DNA of 64,000 nt from Chlorokybus atmophyticus (Eukaryota; Plantae; Mesostigma and Chlorokybus algae), in NCBI GenBank assembly GCA_009103225.1, contig RHPI01002119.1, forward strand, positions 310,001 to 374,000. The letters run 5' to 3'. The notes beneath the pieces are model-generated. The model saw only the letters and a program-made list of their open reading frames with translations, was not told the origin of the DNA and did not search any database. Position 1 is the stretch's first letter; each line of letters opens with the position of its first letter. Of this stretch, positions 62,450-64,000 are shown in pieces. The translations under genes were made by a program, and so were the position numbers.

Positions 62450-64000
62450 GCGAGCTCGTCACCCTCCAAGGTCCTCCTATAAGCTTAGCGCTGTGGTGCC
62501 CCCCAAGGCCCAGAAAGCCGAGAGATTGTCCACGTGGCGGTGGTGCCGGCAGAGCTGTGCTGCTAACGGACGGCAGCTGCTCTGCTCTAGGCCTCGACCG
62601 GGATCACAACTTCCCATCCGGATCGAGGTCACGTGCGCCTCTGGCAGGCTGCGGGTGTCGCTGTCGCTGGCGGCGGTGGCCACGATGGCGGCGGCGATGG
62701 CGTCATCCGCAGCATGGTGGACGCCGCCGCCGCTGCTACACCCTCCAGCTCTTCGATGTCACGTAGAATCAGCTGGCTGCGGCGCTGCAGCACGGTCAGA
62801 CGACGACGCCGACCTCGTCAGGGGTGACATCGCCACCACCAACGATGCTGACGGGCCTTGCAGCCAGCAGCCACCTTACCCAAGTGAGCAAAAACAAGCA
62901 GCAACTCCTCCTGGATCAGGTCTGTCTCAGCCAGTCCATGCGCCTGTTGTGTATGTTCACCTAGTGGTTGATCCTGCAGCACTGTCAGCACTGTGTAGAT
63001 CCACACCAGCACGTGATCAGCAGTGCGATCTGTGTGGCGGGATAATTTACTGCTCGTGGCATTGGTACACACTGTCGTGCGTGCGTGCATGTGTAGCGAT
63101 GGTTGTCGTCACCTGCTTAGCACACAGTCGCCTTCTCAGCCTGCACCATCAGCATCGTCCGTACCAGCAGCGTCATGGACTGGACGGCTATGCCAATGGT
63201 GTGTAAGTACTTTACTCGTCTGCTTTCTGGTTAGCTGAGCCTGTATTGAGGGTAAGTGGCGCGCAAGCATTGAACGCACGCTGCTAGCAGTCAGATACAG
63301 AAAAAGCCATAGCGTTGGGACACTGCAGGCGACGGGTTTCAGAGTATTCAGCTGTCACGTCCATGCGGCCGCTCTGCCCACGTCGCCCCTGATTGTTTGT
63401 AATTGATATATAGAGTCCACATTCATGTTTATTGGTGCTGTGTTGGCATGTAAAGGAGCCAATAGCAGGTTGTTGGATAGGAGTCGACATCCTTGCAGAG
63501 GATTGGCTTACAAAGGTAGTGCTGGCTGCCTGTTAGGCTATCAACCATAGCCTCTTGCTGCATCCTCAACTACACTCTCTTAGCTACTACCTTGCTCTTC
63601 TCTATCTTACTACTAGTGCTGCTGAGGGCCCCACGCACTACTATTGCTTGTGAATTGCGGTGCTTGCGATTGCTGTACGCTTATCTGGCTTCCCTCAGGT
63701 TCAATCCTCACTGTATATTGATCGTGTTGCATGTGACCAACCAATATATGTCCACATGATGTTTGCATGCCCGATGCATGCGCAGTTGCACCTTGCACTG
63801 TACAGGATATGCTGCCAGTAGTGTATGTACACTTAGGGTGTAGTATTGAGGTGATCACGCGTCCATCAACGTACCACAGGCGCTGTCAGCACATCAGTCT
63901 GTTGCCAAGCGCTATCTAAACTTGTGCCAGCCGCTGCTGCTGCTAGTGTGCCTCGATGCATCAGCACCCCCCACTGTGGCGGGGCTTACCGCACTGCTGT
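62450..64000. other. Possible low-complexity coding exons of an unidentified gene; strand unresolved
   Basis: GC-rich open frames on both strands (e.g. 62493-63206 plus; 63613-63858 minus) with no recognisable domain. Confidence 0.2.

Overview
Eukaryotic genomic DNA with spliceosomal introns and CA/CT microsatellites. It is almost certainly from a green alga, given plastid SEP2, plant-type MPP-alpha and algal-type transposons. Host genes: 3' part of MPP-alpha (1-2055); a small conserved green-lineage protein followed 26 nt later by SEP2 (14.7-16.0 kb, minus; candidate bicistronic locus); UTP14 and UBP6 (divergent pair, 48.6-56.2 kb); a MEKK-type MAPKKK (57.7-62.3 kb); and PTEN-like and CYP710-like gene debris. 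The stretch from 2.8 to 47.2 kb is mostly nested mobile DNA. It contains a Penelope-like element with an N-terminal GIY-YIG nuclease and direct flanking repeats, two TRIM families plus a solo LTR (all with TSDs), and a 5'-truncated RLE-type LINE. It also contains a ~16-kb Plavaka-transposase region carrying a Tudor / phage-type C5 DNA methyltransferase ORF, an OTU protease and zinc fingers, with a shared upstream motif and a 53-bp terminal array. Finally there are two chromoviruses (Ty3/gypsy), a young one inserted into an older one that appears to carry a Dam-like domain. All family calls come from motif recognition by eye; no searches were run, and element boundaries without TSDs are approximate.
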